NCBI GenBank assembly: GCA_938083195.1
Contig: CALKCK010000038.1
Span: forward strand, 8,186 to 72,185
Origin: an uncultured Pirellulaceae bacterium
GTDB taxonomy: Bacteria; Planctomycetota; Planctomycetia; Pirellulales; Pirellulaceae
DNA: 64,000 nt
Reading direction: 5' to 3'
Shown: piece after piece, positions 10,101 through 20,690 of the stretch
Position numbering within the stretch: position 1 is the first letter of the stretch
Layout of the letters: the number at the start of each line of letters is the position of its first letter
Notes under the pieces: generated by a model
The model's input: the letters and a program-made list of their open reading frames with translations, nothing else
The model's database searches: none
What the model was told of the DNA's origin: nothing
Position numbers and translations under genes: made by a program

Positions 10101-11528
10101 TCACACGTCCGCCGACTCAGCAATCAAACGCTCAATAGCAAGGGCTCCGCTTTCGATACACGCCGGAATACCAACGCCACGATAACTGTTTCCAGCCAAT
10201 TCTAAACCTGGATGATTCACCATTAATTCATCGATGCCATCGACTAAATTTCGGTGTCCCAAATGATACTGCGGCATGCAATTCCGCCAACGAATAACAC
10301 GCGTTAACCCTGGCTCACCTTGAAACCCAACGGTTCGCTGTAACTCGACAATCGCCATTTTGACTAACGGTTCATCATCCAGCTCCACCAACTCCCGTCG
10401 CAGCGCACCGCCGACGAAACAACGGATCAGAATTTTTCCGTCAGGGGCTCGACCTTCGAATTTATTGCTGCCAAAACTGGTCGCGATCACATCTCTCTTG
10501 AGTATCGAGGGAACGATAATCCCATATCCTGAAAAATCTCGGCCAAGTTGCTCGCGTTCGACACCAAGAATGACAACGGCAGAACTCGCGGCCTCAATTG
10601 TATTTAGATCCCGGGCCAGCTTCTCATCGATCGACTGAAGTAAACGACCACTGATTTTCGCCGACGTCGCCAAAACCAATCCGTCAGCCTCTAATTCCCG
10701 AGGGGGTTCAGAATCAGTGCCTCGCGTTGTAATTTGCCAGCCTGACTTAGCTTTAGCCACCGACTCCACGTTCGCATCGGTTTGAAAATTCACCTGAGGC
10801 AATGACTCCATGATCCAGCGAACCAATTCACTAATCCCTTGCTTGGGTGCGCGAAACATTCCGTAACGCGCCCCGCTCGCCTCCCTTTGGATTGCCTTTT
10901 CCTTCGCAACTCGCCCCGCTTGAATCAAACTGCCGTGTTGTTTTTCCATCGCGACAAACCTTGCCATTGTCGCTTGCATACTCAATTTCTCAGGATCGGC
11001 AGTGTAAATCCCACCCACCAACGGTTGGATCAAAGTTTCATAGATCTCTCGGCCAAACCGACGCGTGGCGAATGAAAGTAAACTCTCATCCTGACTCCAA
11101 TCATGAGGAAGGACATGCTCTTCCGCGAGAAATCGATCTTTCGCTTCCGCCGTCAGCAATGGGGAACCTAGGATTGAGTCCAAGTCGCTCGGCAGCATCA
11201 AAGAAAGTCCACGAGGCACTGGATGGATAGTTTCATCGGTTGCAACGTAGGCGCGGTCGGCGATCGGAATTGTCTGCAACAGTTCGTCAGTTTTCCCAAG
11301 ATGTTCACAAATCTGAATTGCCGCCTCGGGATCTGTCGTAAACATGTCCGCACTATGTTCGATCAAATAACCTTCGGCCGACTCCGTCTGTAACACTCCG
11401 CCCCAAAGTCCACTGGATTCGAGAACGGTAATTTCAGCCTCTGGCATTGCCCGTTGCGCAAAAAATGCGGCCGACAGTCCCGTAATCCCGCCACCCACAA
11501 TCGTTAGTTTTTGTGATTTCATATTCAT
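10101..11528 (-). CDS. hemY: Protoporphyrinogen/coproporphyrinogen oxidase (HemY family)
   Basis: GGGITGL FAD motif, LVGGIYTADPEKLSM, RWRNCMPQY and GNSYRGVGIPACI. ATGA overlap with the upstream gene. Confidence 0.88.
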   Translation of the reverse strand: MNMKSQKLTIVGGGITGLSAAFFAQRAMPEAEITVLESSGLWGGVLQTESAEGYLIEHSADMFTTDPEAAIQICEHLGKTDELLQTIPIADRAYVATDETIHPVPRGLSLMLPSDLDSILGSPLLTAEAKDRFLAEEHVLPHDWSQDESLLSFATRRFGREIYETLIQPLVGGIYTADPEKLSMQATMARFVAMEKQHGSLIQAGRVAKEKAIQREASGARYGMFRAPKQGISELVRWIMESLPQVNFQTDANVESVAKAKSGWQITTRGTDSEPPRELEADGLVLATSAKISGRLLQSIDEKLARDLNTIEAASSAVVILGVEREQLGRDFSGYGIIVPSILKRDVIATSFGSNKFEGRAPDGKILIRCFVGGALRRELVELDDEPLVKMAIVELQRTVGFQGEPGLTRVIRWRNCMPQYHLGHRNLVDGIDELMVNHPGLELAGNSYRGVGIPACIESGALAIERLIAESADV

Positions 11529-12784
11529 TTAAAACGAGCAGCGGCAAAATGAGTTGGGGAAATGTGAGGGGCTTCGCCAAGCATCAGTTCCTTTATCAAT
11601 TGGCCTGTTCCAGTCGCCATACTTAATCCAAGCATATTGTGACCGGCCGCAATCCAAACATTGTTCATCGCTGGACTTCGGTCGATAATCGGTTTCCCGT
11701 CCCACGTCATTGGTCGCCATCCAAACCACTCCTCTTCGATTGGATCACAAAAAGGATCGTGTAAATACTTTTCCGCGGCTGTTTTTAACAACGCCATGCG
11801 GCGGGGAGGAATCGACGTGTCATATCCTGTAAACTCCATCGTCGATCCAATCCGATATTTTGACTGCATCGGAGTGATCGCGACGTGACTGTCCTCAAAA
11901 ATAATAGGGATTTTTGGCATCAACTTAGGTTTCGGCATCGTCAGCGAATACCCTTTGCCGGGTTCGATTGGAATCGACATTCCTAAATGATGATTCAGAA
12001 ACGGAGTCATCGCACCGGTGGCTACAACAAAATGATCCGCTTCGAGTTCACGTCCGTTGGATAAAACTGCCCTCGCATCTCCCTGTTCTCTCTCGAATTG
12101 CTGAACTGGAAAATCTTCAAGAATTGAAACACCCAAACCCACCATCTTTTCACGCAATTGGGATAACAACTTGTCCGGCCTTAAATGGCAATCTCCCTCA
12201 TAATGCCAACCACCCCCAAACCCTGACTTAATTGCCGGTTCTAAATTCGTCAATTGATGGCCATCATAGGGCGTCGCCGCCACCCCAAAATTTTGTCGTA
12301 TCAGCCCATCCATTTTGCCAAAATTAAGAAAGGATTTCTCGTCATCAAAAACAAATAGCAGACCTTTTTCCTGCCACTCACAATCAATATTTTCATCCGC
12401 AATAAGCTGTTGATACAACCGCTTGGAGGATTGGAGGATTTCATGTCTACCGCCGCCTGCAGCCATCATGTCCCGATGATTGCATCGCAATGAGAAATTC
12501 CAAAACCACTTAACAAAGTTCATCTCAAACCGCGGCTTCACCGCAAACGGAGAATTTGATTTAAACATCGCTTTGAGCGTTTTCAATACCGCCCCTGGTT
12601 GGCAAAGTGGGAACACGTGACTTGGGGAAACGTACCCGCAATTGCCGTGCGAGCAAGCAGCACCAAATTTATCACGATCCACGATCGTAACTTGGCAACC
12701 CGCTTTTATCAGATTCCAAGCACACATCGCGCCAATGACGCCACCGCCAATGACGACGACACGATCACCCTGACCAGCTTTCAT
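11525..12784 (-). CDS. FAD-dependent D-amino acid dehydrogenase (DadA family), probable D-hydroxyproline dehydrogenase
   Basis: GGGVIG FAD motif, CSHGNCG, PGKGYS, WFGWRPMTWDGKPII and GHNMLGLSMA. 4-nt overlap with the upstream epimerase. Confidence 0.82.
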   Translation of the reverse strand: MKAGQGDRVVVIGGGVIGAMCAWNLIKAGCQVTIVDRDKFGAACSHGNCGYVSPSHVFPLCQPGAVLKTLKAMFKSNSPFAVKPRFEMNFVKWFWNFSLRCNHRDMMAAGGGRHEILQSSKRLYQQLIADENIDCEWQEKGLLFVFDDEKSFLNFGKMDGLIRQNFGVAATPYDGHQLTNLEPAIKSGFGGGWHYEGDCHLRPDKLLSQLREKMVGLGVSILEDFPVQQFEREQGDARAVLSNGRELEADHFVVATGAMTPFLNHHLGMSIPIEPGKGYSLTMPKPKLMPKIPIIFEDSHVAITPMQSKYRIGSTMEFTGYDTSIPPRRMALLKTAAEKYLHDPFCDPIEEEWFGWRPMTWDGKPIIDRSPAMNNVWIAAGHNMLGLSMATGTGQLIKELMLGEAPHISPTHFAAARFK

Positions 12785-13734
12785 GAGGTTATCCCCATCC
12801 TAAATGGATCATCCGAGTCGAGAATTAAATCCGACTCTCCACAAATATACGCTTCCCCCTCAATCGTCGGAATAATTCTCTCAGATACTTCATCGTTTCT
12901 AAAGGAACCTGAAAATACCGTCCCAAGAATTCCTTCCTGCCGCCAAATCTCGCCAGGAGCCAACAGCCCATCGGCAGCCAAGCAGGCAAGTTTGGCGCTG
13001 GTCCCCGTACCGCACGGAGACCGATCGTAAGCTCCACCTGGACAAAGAACAAAATTACGACTTTGATTTACTGGGTTTTGAGGTTGAGTGAATAGCTCGA
13101 TATGGTCGATCGGCCCGTCGCTGCCCCCAATCCCTTCGCTCTCGAGTGTTTTCATAATTCGCTTTGTAACCTCCGTCAGGTGGCCTGCGTTAGAAACACA
13201 TAATGTTTCTTGTGAGTTCTTCACGAGGAAAAACCAATTTCCACCCCACGCAATATCACCAATCACTTGGCCATACTCTGGAACATCAATGGTCACATCT
13301 CGTTGCAGGCGATAACTTGGGACGTTTTCGACTGCCACTCGACGCTCACCGGTAAAACTAGCCGTCACCACACCAACCGGCGTTCCAATTCGGTGCACGC
13401 CCTGTTCCACAATTCCGAGATGCTTGAGAGTCGCCATTAGCCCAATCGTGCCGTGACCACACATTCCTAAATAACCAGCATTATTAAAGAAAATAATATC
13501 TGTAATGCAATCGGGGTCTTGGGCCTGAATCAAAAGCCCGCCCACCCACACGTCCGAACCCCGTGGCTCATTGACGACCCCACTGCGAATCCCATCGAAT
13601 CGATCTCGAAAGACAGCAACCTGTTCGGCCAGCGTCCCGCCGCCGAGATCAGGCCCTCCGGCAACAATAATCCGCGTCGGTTCACCACCGGTGTGCGAGT
13701 CGATAACTTTAATTCGTTGAATCATAGGAACCAT
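12781..13734 (-). CDS. Proline racemase family, probable 4-hydroxyproline 2-epimerase
   Basis: IDSHTGGEPTR, GMCGHGTIG and DRSPCGTGT, with both catalytic Cys present. Context genes fit hydroxyproline catabolism. Confidence 0.88.
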   Translation of the reverse strand: MVPMIQRIKVIDSHTGGEPTRIIVAGGPDLGGGTLAEQVAVFRDRFDGIRSGVVNEPRGSDVWVGGLLIQAQDPDCITDIIFFNNAGYLGMCGHGTIGLMATLKHLGIVEQGVHRIGTPVGVVTASFTGERRVAVENVPSYRLQRDVTIDVPEYGQVIGDIAWGGNWFFLVKNSQETLCVSNAGHLTEVTKRIMKTLESEGIGGSDGPIDHIELFTQPQNPVNQSRNFVLCPGGAYDRSPCGTGTSAKLACLAADGLLAPGEIWRQEGILGTVFSGSFRNDEVSERIIPTIEGEAYICGESDLILDSDDPFRMGITS

Positions 13735-13947
13735 CAGATTCTGGGTTTGCGACGACAGTGACGGTTTCAGTAGCCGACGGAGAATGTTAGTTTATTCTAT
13801 TCGTGAACATCCGCTGCGGGGAGATGCTCATTGGTTGGATTCTCAATTACTTGCGAAGTGACCTTTAAAACCAAACCGCCGTCCTCACCCCCGCGGCCTT
13901 CGTTTCTTTAAAAACGTTCAAAAATTTTTACCAACTTGAGATATACC

Positions 13948-15537
13948 ATGGCGACACACCAAGTTTTAATTGCCGGACAATGGCGAGATTCCGATGCCAC
14001 ACAAACATTTCAAGCAAGCGACCCGCGCGCCGCATCGTTAATCCCAGAGGACTACCCGGTAAGCAGTTGGGCTGAATGCGAAGCAGCCCTCGATGCCGCT
14101 GGGCTTGCCTATGCTCAATTGCGAGAAATGCCCGGTGAGGCAATTGCAGCCTTCCTTGAGGCTTATGCCACCCGAATCGACGCGCGATCCGAGGAAATCC
14201 GGACAATCGCTGCGAGAGAAACGGCACTGCCTGCCGATACGCGATTAGTCGGAGAACTTGCCCGAACAACCGGCCAACTACGCGCCGCTGCTTCAGCAAC
14301 CCGCTCGTCCGCCTGGCAGATGCCGATTATTGATTCCGCGAACGATATCCGATCTTGCTTTGGACCGCTCGGACCGGTTGCCGTCTTTGGCCCCAACAAT
14401 TTCCCACTCGCCTTTGGCAGTATTTCTGGGGGAGATTTTGCCGCAGCAATCGCGGCAGGCAATCCGGTAATTGGAAAAGCCAATTCGATGCATCCCGGCA
14501 CCACCCGTCTGCTCGCCGAAGAAGCACAGCTCGCCGCCGAAGAAACGGGAATGCCCGCTGGCACAGTCCAATTAATTTACCGCACTTCCCACGCCAACGG
14601 TGAGAAACTAGCACGCGATCCGCGGCTTGCCGCGATCGGCTACACCGGCAGCAGAAATGCCGGATTGGTATTAAAGCAGGCGGCTGATTCGGTTGGTAAA
14701 CCTATCTACCTTGAGCTTTCGTCAGTCAATCCAATCGTCGTATTACCTGGTGCTCTAAAAGAACGTGGAAACGAAATTGCCAGTGAATTAACAGGAAGCT
14801 GCTTGATGGGGTCGGGGCAATTCTGCACCAACCCCGGGCTCATCATTGTTCAAAATGACCCCGCTGGAACAGAGTTCATCGAATCCGTTGCCGCCCAATT
14901 CAGCGAGCAACCCGTAGGCACGCTGTTTTCCCTTTCAGGGCAAAACGGACTTCAATCCGCTGTCGACACCCTGACGTCCGCAGGCGCAACCTTGGTTTGC
15001 GGAGGAACAACTGGAGGCGGTGAAGGTTACTCTTTCAGCAATACTGTGCTGAAAGTCGACGGGCAGCAATTCCTGTCCCACGCTGAACAACTCCAAACCG
15101 AAGCTTTCGGTGGGTCTACACTTATTGTTGTCAGCGATTCAATCGAACAAACCAAGACCATCATCGAAGCACTCGAAGGAAATCTAACTGGCTGTATCTA
15201 CTCTGCCAGCGACTCCACCGACGATGGGAATTATGACCAAATTGCTCCAGAGCTTCGCCAGCGAGTCGGGCGACTCTTAAATGACCAGATGCCAACAGGG
15301 GTCGCAGTGTCGGCAGCAATGAATCACGGCGGTCCATTTCCAGCAACCGGTCACCCTGGATTCACTGCCGTCGGAATGCCCGGATCAATCACGCGATTTG
15401 CAATGCTACAGTGCTTTGATCATGTCCGGCCTCACCGTCTCCCCGCCATTCTTCAGGATTCCAATCCTAACCAAGCCTGGCGATTAATTGATGGCCAATG
15501 GTCTCAGGGCGATGTCGCGACCCCATCGGCAGACTAA
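13948..15537 (+). CDS. NADP-dependent aldehyde dehydrogenase, probable alpha-ketoglutaric semialdehyde dehydrogenase
   Basis: VFGPNNFPLAF, YTGS, ELSSVNP, GQFCTNPG (catalytic Cys), EAFG and HGGPFPAT. Start moved to ATG 13948. Confidence 0.87.
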   Translation: MATHQVLIAGQWRDSDATQTFQASDPRAASLIPEDYPVSSWAECEAALDAAGLAYAQLREMPGEAIAAFLEAYATRIDARSEEIRTIAARETALPADTRLVGELARTTGQLRAAASATRSSAWQMPIIDSANDIRSCFGPLGPVAVFGPNNFPLAFGSISGGDFAAAIAAGNPVIGKANSMHPGTTRLLAEEAQLAAEETGMPAGTVQLIYRTSHANGEKLARDPRLAAIGYTGSRNAGLVLKQAADSVGKPIYLELSSVNPIVVLPGALKERGNEIASELTGSCLMGSGQFCTNPGLIIVQNDPAGTEFIESVAAQFSEQPVGTLFSLSGQNGLQSAVDTLTSAGATLVCGGTTGGGEGYSFSNTVLKVDGQQFLSHAEQLQTEAFGGSTLIVVSDSIEQTKTIIEALEGNLTGCIYSASDSTDDGNYDQIAPELRQRVGRLLNDQMPTGVAVSAAMNHGGPFPATGHPGFTAVGMPGSITRFAMLQCFDHVRPHRLPAILQDSNPNQAWRLIDGQWSQGDVATPSAD

Positions 15538-15631
15538 TCCGCTAACAGAAATACCGATGCGACACTGAATGAAGGTCGCGCCAAATCGCGCGGGCGGACT
15601 GACAGGAAAACAGACAATCTTTGTTCTAAAT

Positions 15632-16579
15632 TTAGCCCTGGAAAGTCCGCCCTGGCCAGTTCGCCCACCAGCTTTTGAACAACCGATACTGAGATTCGAT
15701 AAAGTTCTTTTGACTCGGGCTCAAACAATCGGATTCATTAAAGTGATGCTCGTATTCTGATTCTCCATTGAGTACCAAAAGGTACTTATAGAAAAGGACT
15801 AAATCTGGACCTTCGTCGTAGGTCGATAGTACAAACAGGGCGTCATTGAGCTCTTGAGCCAAACGTCTTGCCTCCACGCTACCTGCGGCTGCTTGTTCGC
15901 AAAGCGAAACAAAATGCAAGACAACTTCCGGGATAGCATTTCCAATTCCGGTGATTGCTCCAACGGCACCACAGTTCACATAGCCATGAAAAACCTGTGT
16001 ATCGACTCCGACCATCAACTTCAACGCCTCATCAGCGCCAGTGATATGTTCGGCGGCATAGCTCAACGACGGACCTCCACCAAATTCTTTGAAACCAACT
16101 AGATTGCTAAACTCCCGACGCAAATCGAAAAACAAATCCGCTTTGGTCTCGAAACCGTAGTAAGGACTATTGTAGATAACGGCGGGAACCTCAGGCGCTG
16201 CTGCGAGAATTGCCGCAAAATGATTTCGCTGGGCGGTGGGCGACGTTCCCCGCGAAAGCACTCGCGGGATGACCATCAATCCACTGGCCCCTACCGAGGC
16301 CGCGTGGGCAGTATGGTCTACGGCAGATCGTGTGTTCATCGCACCGGTGCCAACTACGACCGGAACCCCCGCTTCGCAAAGCCGCGCTACTCCCATTTTT
16401 CGCTGGTCATCAGTTAACAGCGGCCAATCTCCCATGGAACCGCAGTAAACCACACCCTGCATCCCGGCAGTCATCATTTGCTGCCCCTTGCTTACTAAAG
16501 CATCAAAGTCAGGCTGACGATCAACTCCGCAAGGTGTCATCAATGCAGGAATACAGCCGCTAAAAATTTGTGTGTCCAT
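15632..16579 (-). CDS. DHDPS/DapA-family protein, probable delta1-pyrroline-4-hydroxy-2-carboxylate deaminase
   Basis: IPALMTP, YCGSMGDW, IYNSPYY and GFKEFGG (Schiff-base Lys). Adjacent to the epimerase/dehydrogenase/ALDH genes. Confidence 0.8.
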   Translation of the reverse strand: MDTQIFSGCIPALMTPCGVDRQPDFDALVSKGQQMMTAGMQGVVYCGSMGDWPLLTDDQRKMGVARLCEAGVPVVVGTGAMNTRSAVDHTAHAASVGASGLMVIPRVLSRGTSPTAQRNHFAAILAAAPEVPAVIYNSPYYGFETKADLFFDLRREFSNLVGFKEFGGGPSLSYAAEHITGADEALKLMVGVDTQVFHGYVNCGAVGAITGIGNAIPEVVLHFVSLCEQAAAGSVEARRLAQELNDALFVLSTYDEGPDLVLFYKYLLVLNGESEYEHHFNESDCLSPSQKNFIESQYRLFKSWWANWPGRTFQG

Positions 16580-16704
16580 CGAAAAACGCCAGAAGTAGTG
16601 GGAAAAAAATTCAGTTCTGATTGTATCTCAGGAAAACCATCTCACAAAGGACAGAACCGCTGACAAAAATCAGACGAATAAGACCGTCACTTGAACCGCC
16701 TCGA

Positions 16705-17535
16705 TTACTGTCCAGTTTTAAGGAAGCATTCATAAATGACAATGAAAGCTGCGAGGGCCAGCAGGAACCACGCAAAAACACGCTTCAGTCTCTCACCGTC
16801 AAACTTTTGAGACCACCAAGATCCAATCATGACTCCCGCGATCATCAAAATTGAAAATTGAACCAAAAACTGATAATCCATCTCGCTGCCGATACGAATC
16901 AAATCGCCGCCAAAAAATCCGACGAATGATTTAAAAGCAACGATAGATAAACTGGTGCCAACGACAGTTCGCATTGGCAGCCCGAAAAATATAATTAATA
17001 ACGGGACGATCAAGACGCCGCCCCCCGCCCCTGTAAATCCCGGAATGACACCAATCAGCAAACCACCAACTGCTAATGAGGTGTAATAGGTAAAAGACTT
17101 TTTGGCTTTCAAATCCGTTTTGGGGGTAACCGGTTTGCCTATTAATCCAAGCAACGTCGCGGATGAGAGAAAAATCAGGCCGGCAAAAATGGATAAAACA
17201 AAAATCTTTTTTGACACCACCAGCCCGCCGATTGTAAACAATTGTTCCGGGACTACGTCGAACAACCACAACCGCACGATTAAATTTCCAGTCGCGACCG
17301 GAATTCCCAACGCAATGACGGTCGGAAAGTCGATGACTTTTTGTTGAATACGCGGCACTACACCAACTAAGGCAGTGACGCCAACAAGGATCGTCGTGTA
17401 GGCCGTGGCAAATTTGAGATCGAAATGAAGCAGGTAAAGCATCGCGGGCAGCAACAGCGACCCGCCACCGCCAAACATGCCCATGACAATGCCAACAACC
17501 ATTCCCATTAAGTAGCCGAGAATTGTTTCAATCAT
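16705..17535 (-). CDS. TauE/SafE family sulfite exporter-like membrane protein
   Basis: Multiple TM helices with duplicated Gly-rich motifs GMFGGGGSLL and GFTGAGGGVLIVPLL; VVGTSL. Confidence 0.82.
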   Translation of the reverse strand: MIETILGYLMGMVVGIVMGMFGGGGSLLLPAMLYLLHFDLKFATAYTTILVGVTALVGVVPRIQQKVIDFPTVIALGIPVATGNLIVRLWLFDVVPEQLFTIGGLVVSKKIFVLSIFAGLIFLSSATLLGLIGKPVTPKTDLKAKKSFTYYTSLAVGGLLIGVIPGFTGAGGGVLIVPLLIIFFGLPMRTVVGTSLSIVAFKSFVGFFGGDLIRIGSEMDYQFLVQFSILMIAGVMIGSWWSQKFDGERLKRVFAWFLLALAAFIVIYECFLKTGQ

Positions 17536-17925
17536 TACCGTCCTGCCATTTATATTCCGCGCCGCGAGCGTGATTCGAGCGAGATTCTGTCAATCCCATC
17601 GGAATTTAAATCGCTTCTCTTGATTAGATTGGATTCAGTCTAACCCGTTCGATCACTTTCGCACAACGTCCTCTTTCATCCCCGCAAATGGATCTCCAAC
17701 CGTCGGGTTGATCCAGCTCAAATCAAAATTGACTGGAAAATCACGGCCAAGAACGTTACCCTATCCTGCGGGCTAAGGAGATCGAACGCCGCTGCCTGGT
17801 TCACCCCCTTCCCCAAACCGCCCCCGCTAATGGCAGAGCCAATAAATAATACACCAAACACTCGTTTTCTAATTTCAACCGATTGCCCAAAACTCGATCG
17901 GCCTGCTCAAAAAACCGAAAACCTT

Positions 17926-19662
17926 ATGAAATACCCCGCTTTAATTGAATTTAACATCAAAACTGCTTTGGTGGGCATCTTGGCCGTTTCCTTCTCCTTG
18001 GCGATGGTCACTGCGGTGGAATCCCAAACCAAGGAACGGCGGTACTTCCTCGGAAAAGACTCGCAGCGTGTCGCAGGAACGCCGCAAGGAACCGTCACGG
18101 AATACCAATGGCTTGAGAGTAAAATCTACCCTGGCACCAAGCGTCGCTACTATGTGTACGTCCCTGCACAGTACGATGCAAGTAAATCGGCCGCGTTGAT
18201 GGTATTTCAGGACGGCCACGCCTACATGAACGAAAACGGCGAGTACCGGGCGCCCATTATTTTTGACAACCTGATTCATCGCCAAGAGCTACCTGTCATG
18301 ATTGGCGTATTTATTGACCCCGGTCATCTAAAAGACGAATTGCCAGAAAAGCGTGGCTGGGCCCCAAAGCCTGAAAATCGCAGCGTCGAATACGACTCAC
18401 TCAGTGATACCTACTCAAAGTTTGTCCTCGAGGAAATACTTCCCGAAGTTGAAAAAAAATACAACATCACAAAAGACCCTCTTGGACGTGGCATTTCCGG
18501 AGCAAGCAGTGGGGGCATTTGTGCGTTTACTGTTGCCTGGGAACGGCCGGATCAGTTCAGTAAAGTCCTCAGCCACATTGGAAGCTTCACGAATATTCGC
18601 GGCGGTGATCGCTATCCCGGACTCATCCGGGCAACCGACACCAAAATGATCGTCCCAGTCTCCACGACCACCGAATCAACTGAAGTTACTGATTCAAACG
18701 CTGATTCTGACTCCGACGCTGATTCTGACTCCGACGCTGCTGAAACCACTCCCAGCGAAACTGCCGCTTCGCAGTCACTGCGGATTTATCTCCAAGAGGG
18801 TAGCAATGATCTGGACAATGAATTTGGCAACTGGCCACTGGCTAACCAGCAGATGTTTGCGGCACTTAAGTTTAAAAACTACGACGTTAAATTTGACTTC
18901 GGGGAAGGGGGCCACAACGGCAAACACGCCGGGTCGATTTTCCCTGACGCACTTCGCTGGCTCTGGCGTGATTACCCGGGCGTCACGCCCAAATTATCAA
19001 TGATGCCAGGTCAGCAAACCGCAGCTTGGGCCGTCGAATGGTGGATGCCAAGACACGAAGCCAAACTAGCTCAACGAAAGGCCATGGAAGAAGTTGACCT
19101 ACTGATGGTTGGTGACTCGATCACTCACGCATGGGAAGACAAAGGGCTTGAAACGTGGAACAAATATTACGCCGATCGAAAGGCACTCAATCTTGGATTC
19201 AGCGGAGATCGCACGGAACATGTCATCTGGCGTTTTCAAAATGGAGCCATCGATGATATCTCCCCCAAACTCGCGGTAATCATGATCGGAACCAACAATA
19301 CTGGTCATCGCAAAGAAACCCCACGGCATACCGCGCTGGGAATTAAGAGAATCATTGATGAAATCAAACTAAGACTACCGTCAACCAAGATTCTCCTGCT
19401 GGATATTTTTCCACGCGGAGCAGACAAAGAAAACGAATTTCGAAAAATCAATTCGGAGGTTAATGACATCATCAAAAATTATGCCGATGAAGAAGCCGAA
19501 ATTTTCTTCCTCAGCATTGGTGACAAGTTCCTCCAAGAAGATGGAACGCTCTCAAAATCAATTATGCCAGACTTGCTTCACCCCAACAGTGAAGGTTACG
19601 AAATTTGGGCAGAAGCAATGGAGCCTACAATTGAAAAACTACTCAGGAACGATGACAAATAG
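17926..19662 (+). CDS. Fusion of alpha/beta-hydrolase esterase (enterochelin-esterase-like) and SGNH/GDSL (PAF-acetylhydrolase-like) domains
   Basis: Signal-like N-terminus. YVPAQYD, VFQDG and GASSGG nucleophile motif, followed by VGDSIT, MIGTNN and DLLHP SGNH blocks. Start at ATG 17926 preferred over 17830. Confidence 0.82.
   Translation: MKYPALIEFNIKTALVGILAVSFSLAMVTAVESQTKERRYFLGKDSQRVAGTPQGTVTEYQWLESKIYPGTKRRYYVYVPAQYDASKSAALMVFQDGHAYMNENGEYRAPIIFDNLIHRQELPVMIGVFIDPGHLKDELPEKRGWAPKPENRSVEYDSLSDTYSKFVLEEILPEVEKKYNITKDPLGRGISGASSGGICAFTVAWERPDQFSKVLSHIGSFTNIRGGDRYPGLIRATDTKMIVPVSTTTESTEVTDSNADSDSDADSDSDAAETTPSETAASQSLRIYLQEGSNDLDNEFGNWPLANQQMFAALKFKNYDVKFDFGEGGHNGKHAGSIFPDALRWLWRDYPGVTPKLSMMPGQQTAAWAVEWWMPRHEAKLAQRKAMEEVDLLMVGDSITHAWEDKGLETWNKYYADRKALNLGFSGDRTEHVIWRFQNGAIDDISPKLAVIMIGTNNTGHRKETPRHTALGIKRIIDEIKLRLPSTKILLLDIFPRGADKENEFRKINSEVNDIIKNYADEEAEIFFLSIGDKFLQEDGTLSKSIMPDLLHPNSEGYEIWAEAMEPTIEKLLRNDDK
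18691..18738 (+). repeat. In-frame tandem duplication (exact 18-bp unit x2 plus a degenerate 12-bp unit) encoding [16 protein letters not shown]
   Basis: GATTCTGACTCCGACGCT at 18703-18720 and 18721-18738, preceded by GATTCAAACGCT. Confidence 0.9.
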
Positions 19663-19780
19663 TTTCGACCGCAGGGAACTACTGACCCGCCGTTGTCGAT
19701 CCTAAAAACAACAATCATAAAATCTTACTCAACCAACCTCGCCTGCGACGTAATCGCAATTAGTTAAACCGATTTAAACG

Positions 19781-20605
19781 ATGGTAAACCAAGCTATGAA
19801 GTCTCTTAACTACCTATTTATTTTTGCATTGATGACCGCGATTCAACTTGGCAATTCCTCCGAATTACAAGCCAAGGAATTTGCCACCGAAGGCGGGAAC
19901 TCGGCAGACCAAGAGTACTACGAACTTCGAATTTATAAAATTTTCGATTATGAAAAACAACAAATCGCCGAAAACTATCTCCAAAATGCTCTTATTCCTG
20001 CACTCAACCGAATGGGAGTTGACCGAGTCGGAGTGTTTCGGAATTTGAGTGACGAAAATGACCATTCGCTTTTTATGCTTATCCCTTTTTCTTCCATCGA
20101 ACAGTTCACCAACATGAACCAAAGTCTCGCCGACGATGCGAGTTACCAAGCTAATGCGGAAGCCTATTTTAAACGCAACAAAAAAACAGCAGTGTACCAA
20201 CGAATCGAAAGTCGATTCATGAAAGCATTCAAAGGGATTCCTGCCCTTGAAATCCCCGCCTACTCTACCAAAAAGAAAGACCGTCTCTTTGAGCTTCGAC
20301 TCTACGAAAGCCCTACAGAAGATCACGCCCGCCGAAAGGTCAAAATGTTCAATGAAGGGGAAATCGATATCATGCGAAATGTAAAACTCGCACCAATCTT
20401 TTTCGGTGAAACTCTCATTGGCCCCGATGTTCCCAATCTGGTCTACATGTTATCGGGAACGGACGAAGAATCGCATGGACAACACTGGAAGGATTTCCTG
20501 GCCCATCCAGAATGGATTCGGATCAAGGAAATTGAAGAATACAAGGGCACCGTCTCTTCGATTAAAAAATGGATGCTTACACCGACCTCCTATTCTCAGT
20601 TGTAA
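19781..20605 (+). CDS. Secreted tandem NIPSNAP-family protein
   Basis: Signal peptide and two YYELRIY / LFELRLY...YMLS..HW repeats. Alternative start 19796. Confidence 0.8.
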   Translation: MVNQAMKSLNYLFIFALMTAIQLGNSSELQAKEFATEGGNSADQEYYELRIYKIFDYEKQQIAENYLQNALIPALNRMGVDRVGVFRNLSDENDHSLFMLIPFSSIEQFTNMNQSLADDASYQANAEAYFKRNKKTAVYQRIESRFMKAFKGIPALEIPAYSTKKKDRLFELRLYESPTEDHARRKVKMFNEGEIDIMRNVKLAPIFFGETLIGPDVPNLVYMLSGTDEESHGQHWKDFLAHPEWIRIKEIEEYKGTVSSIKKWMLTPTSYSQL

Positions 20606-20690
20606 ACTCAACGGGCATAACGTCGAGAACCCGTAATTTACTTTTCCTAATGCGCCATCTTCAAGACAGTCTGCCACGCCGGATCTCAAC

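Noticed and set aside
17536-17925. tRNA-like GTTCGATC motifs on both strands
   Set aside because: Flanks do not form a T-stem or acceptor stem, and no cloverleaf can be built.
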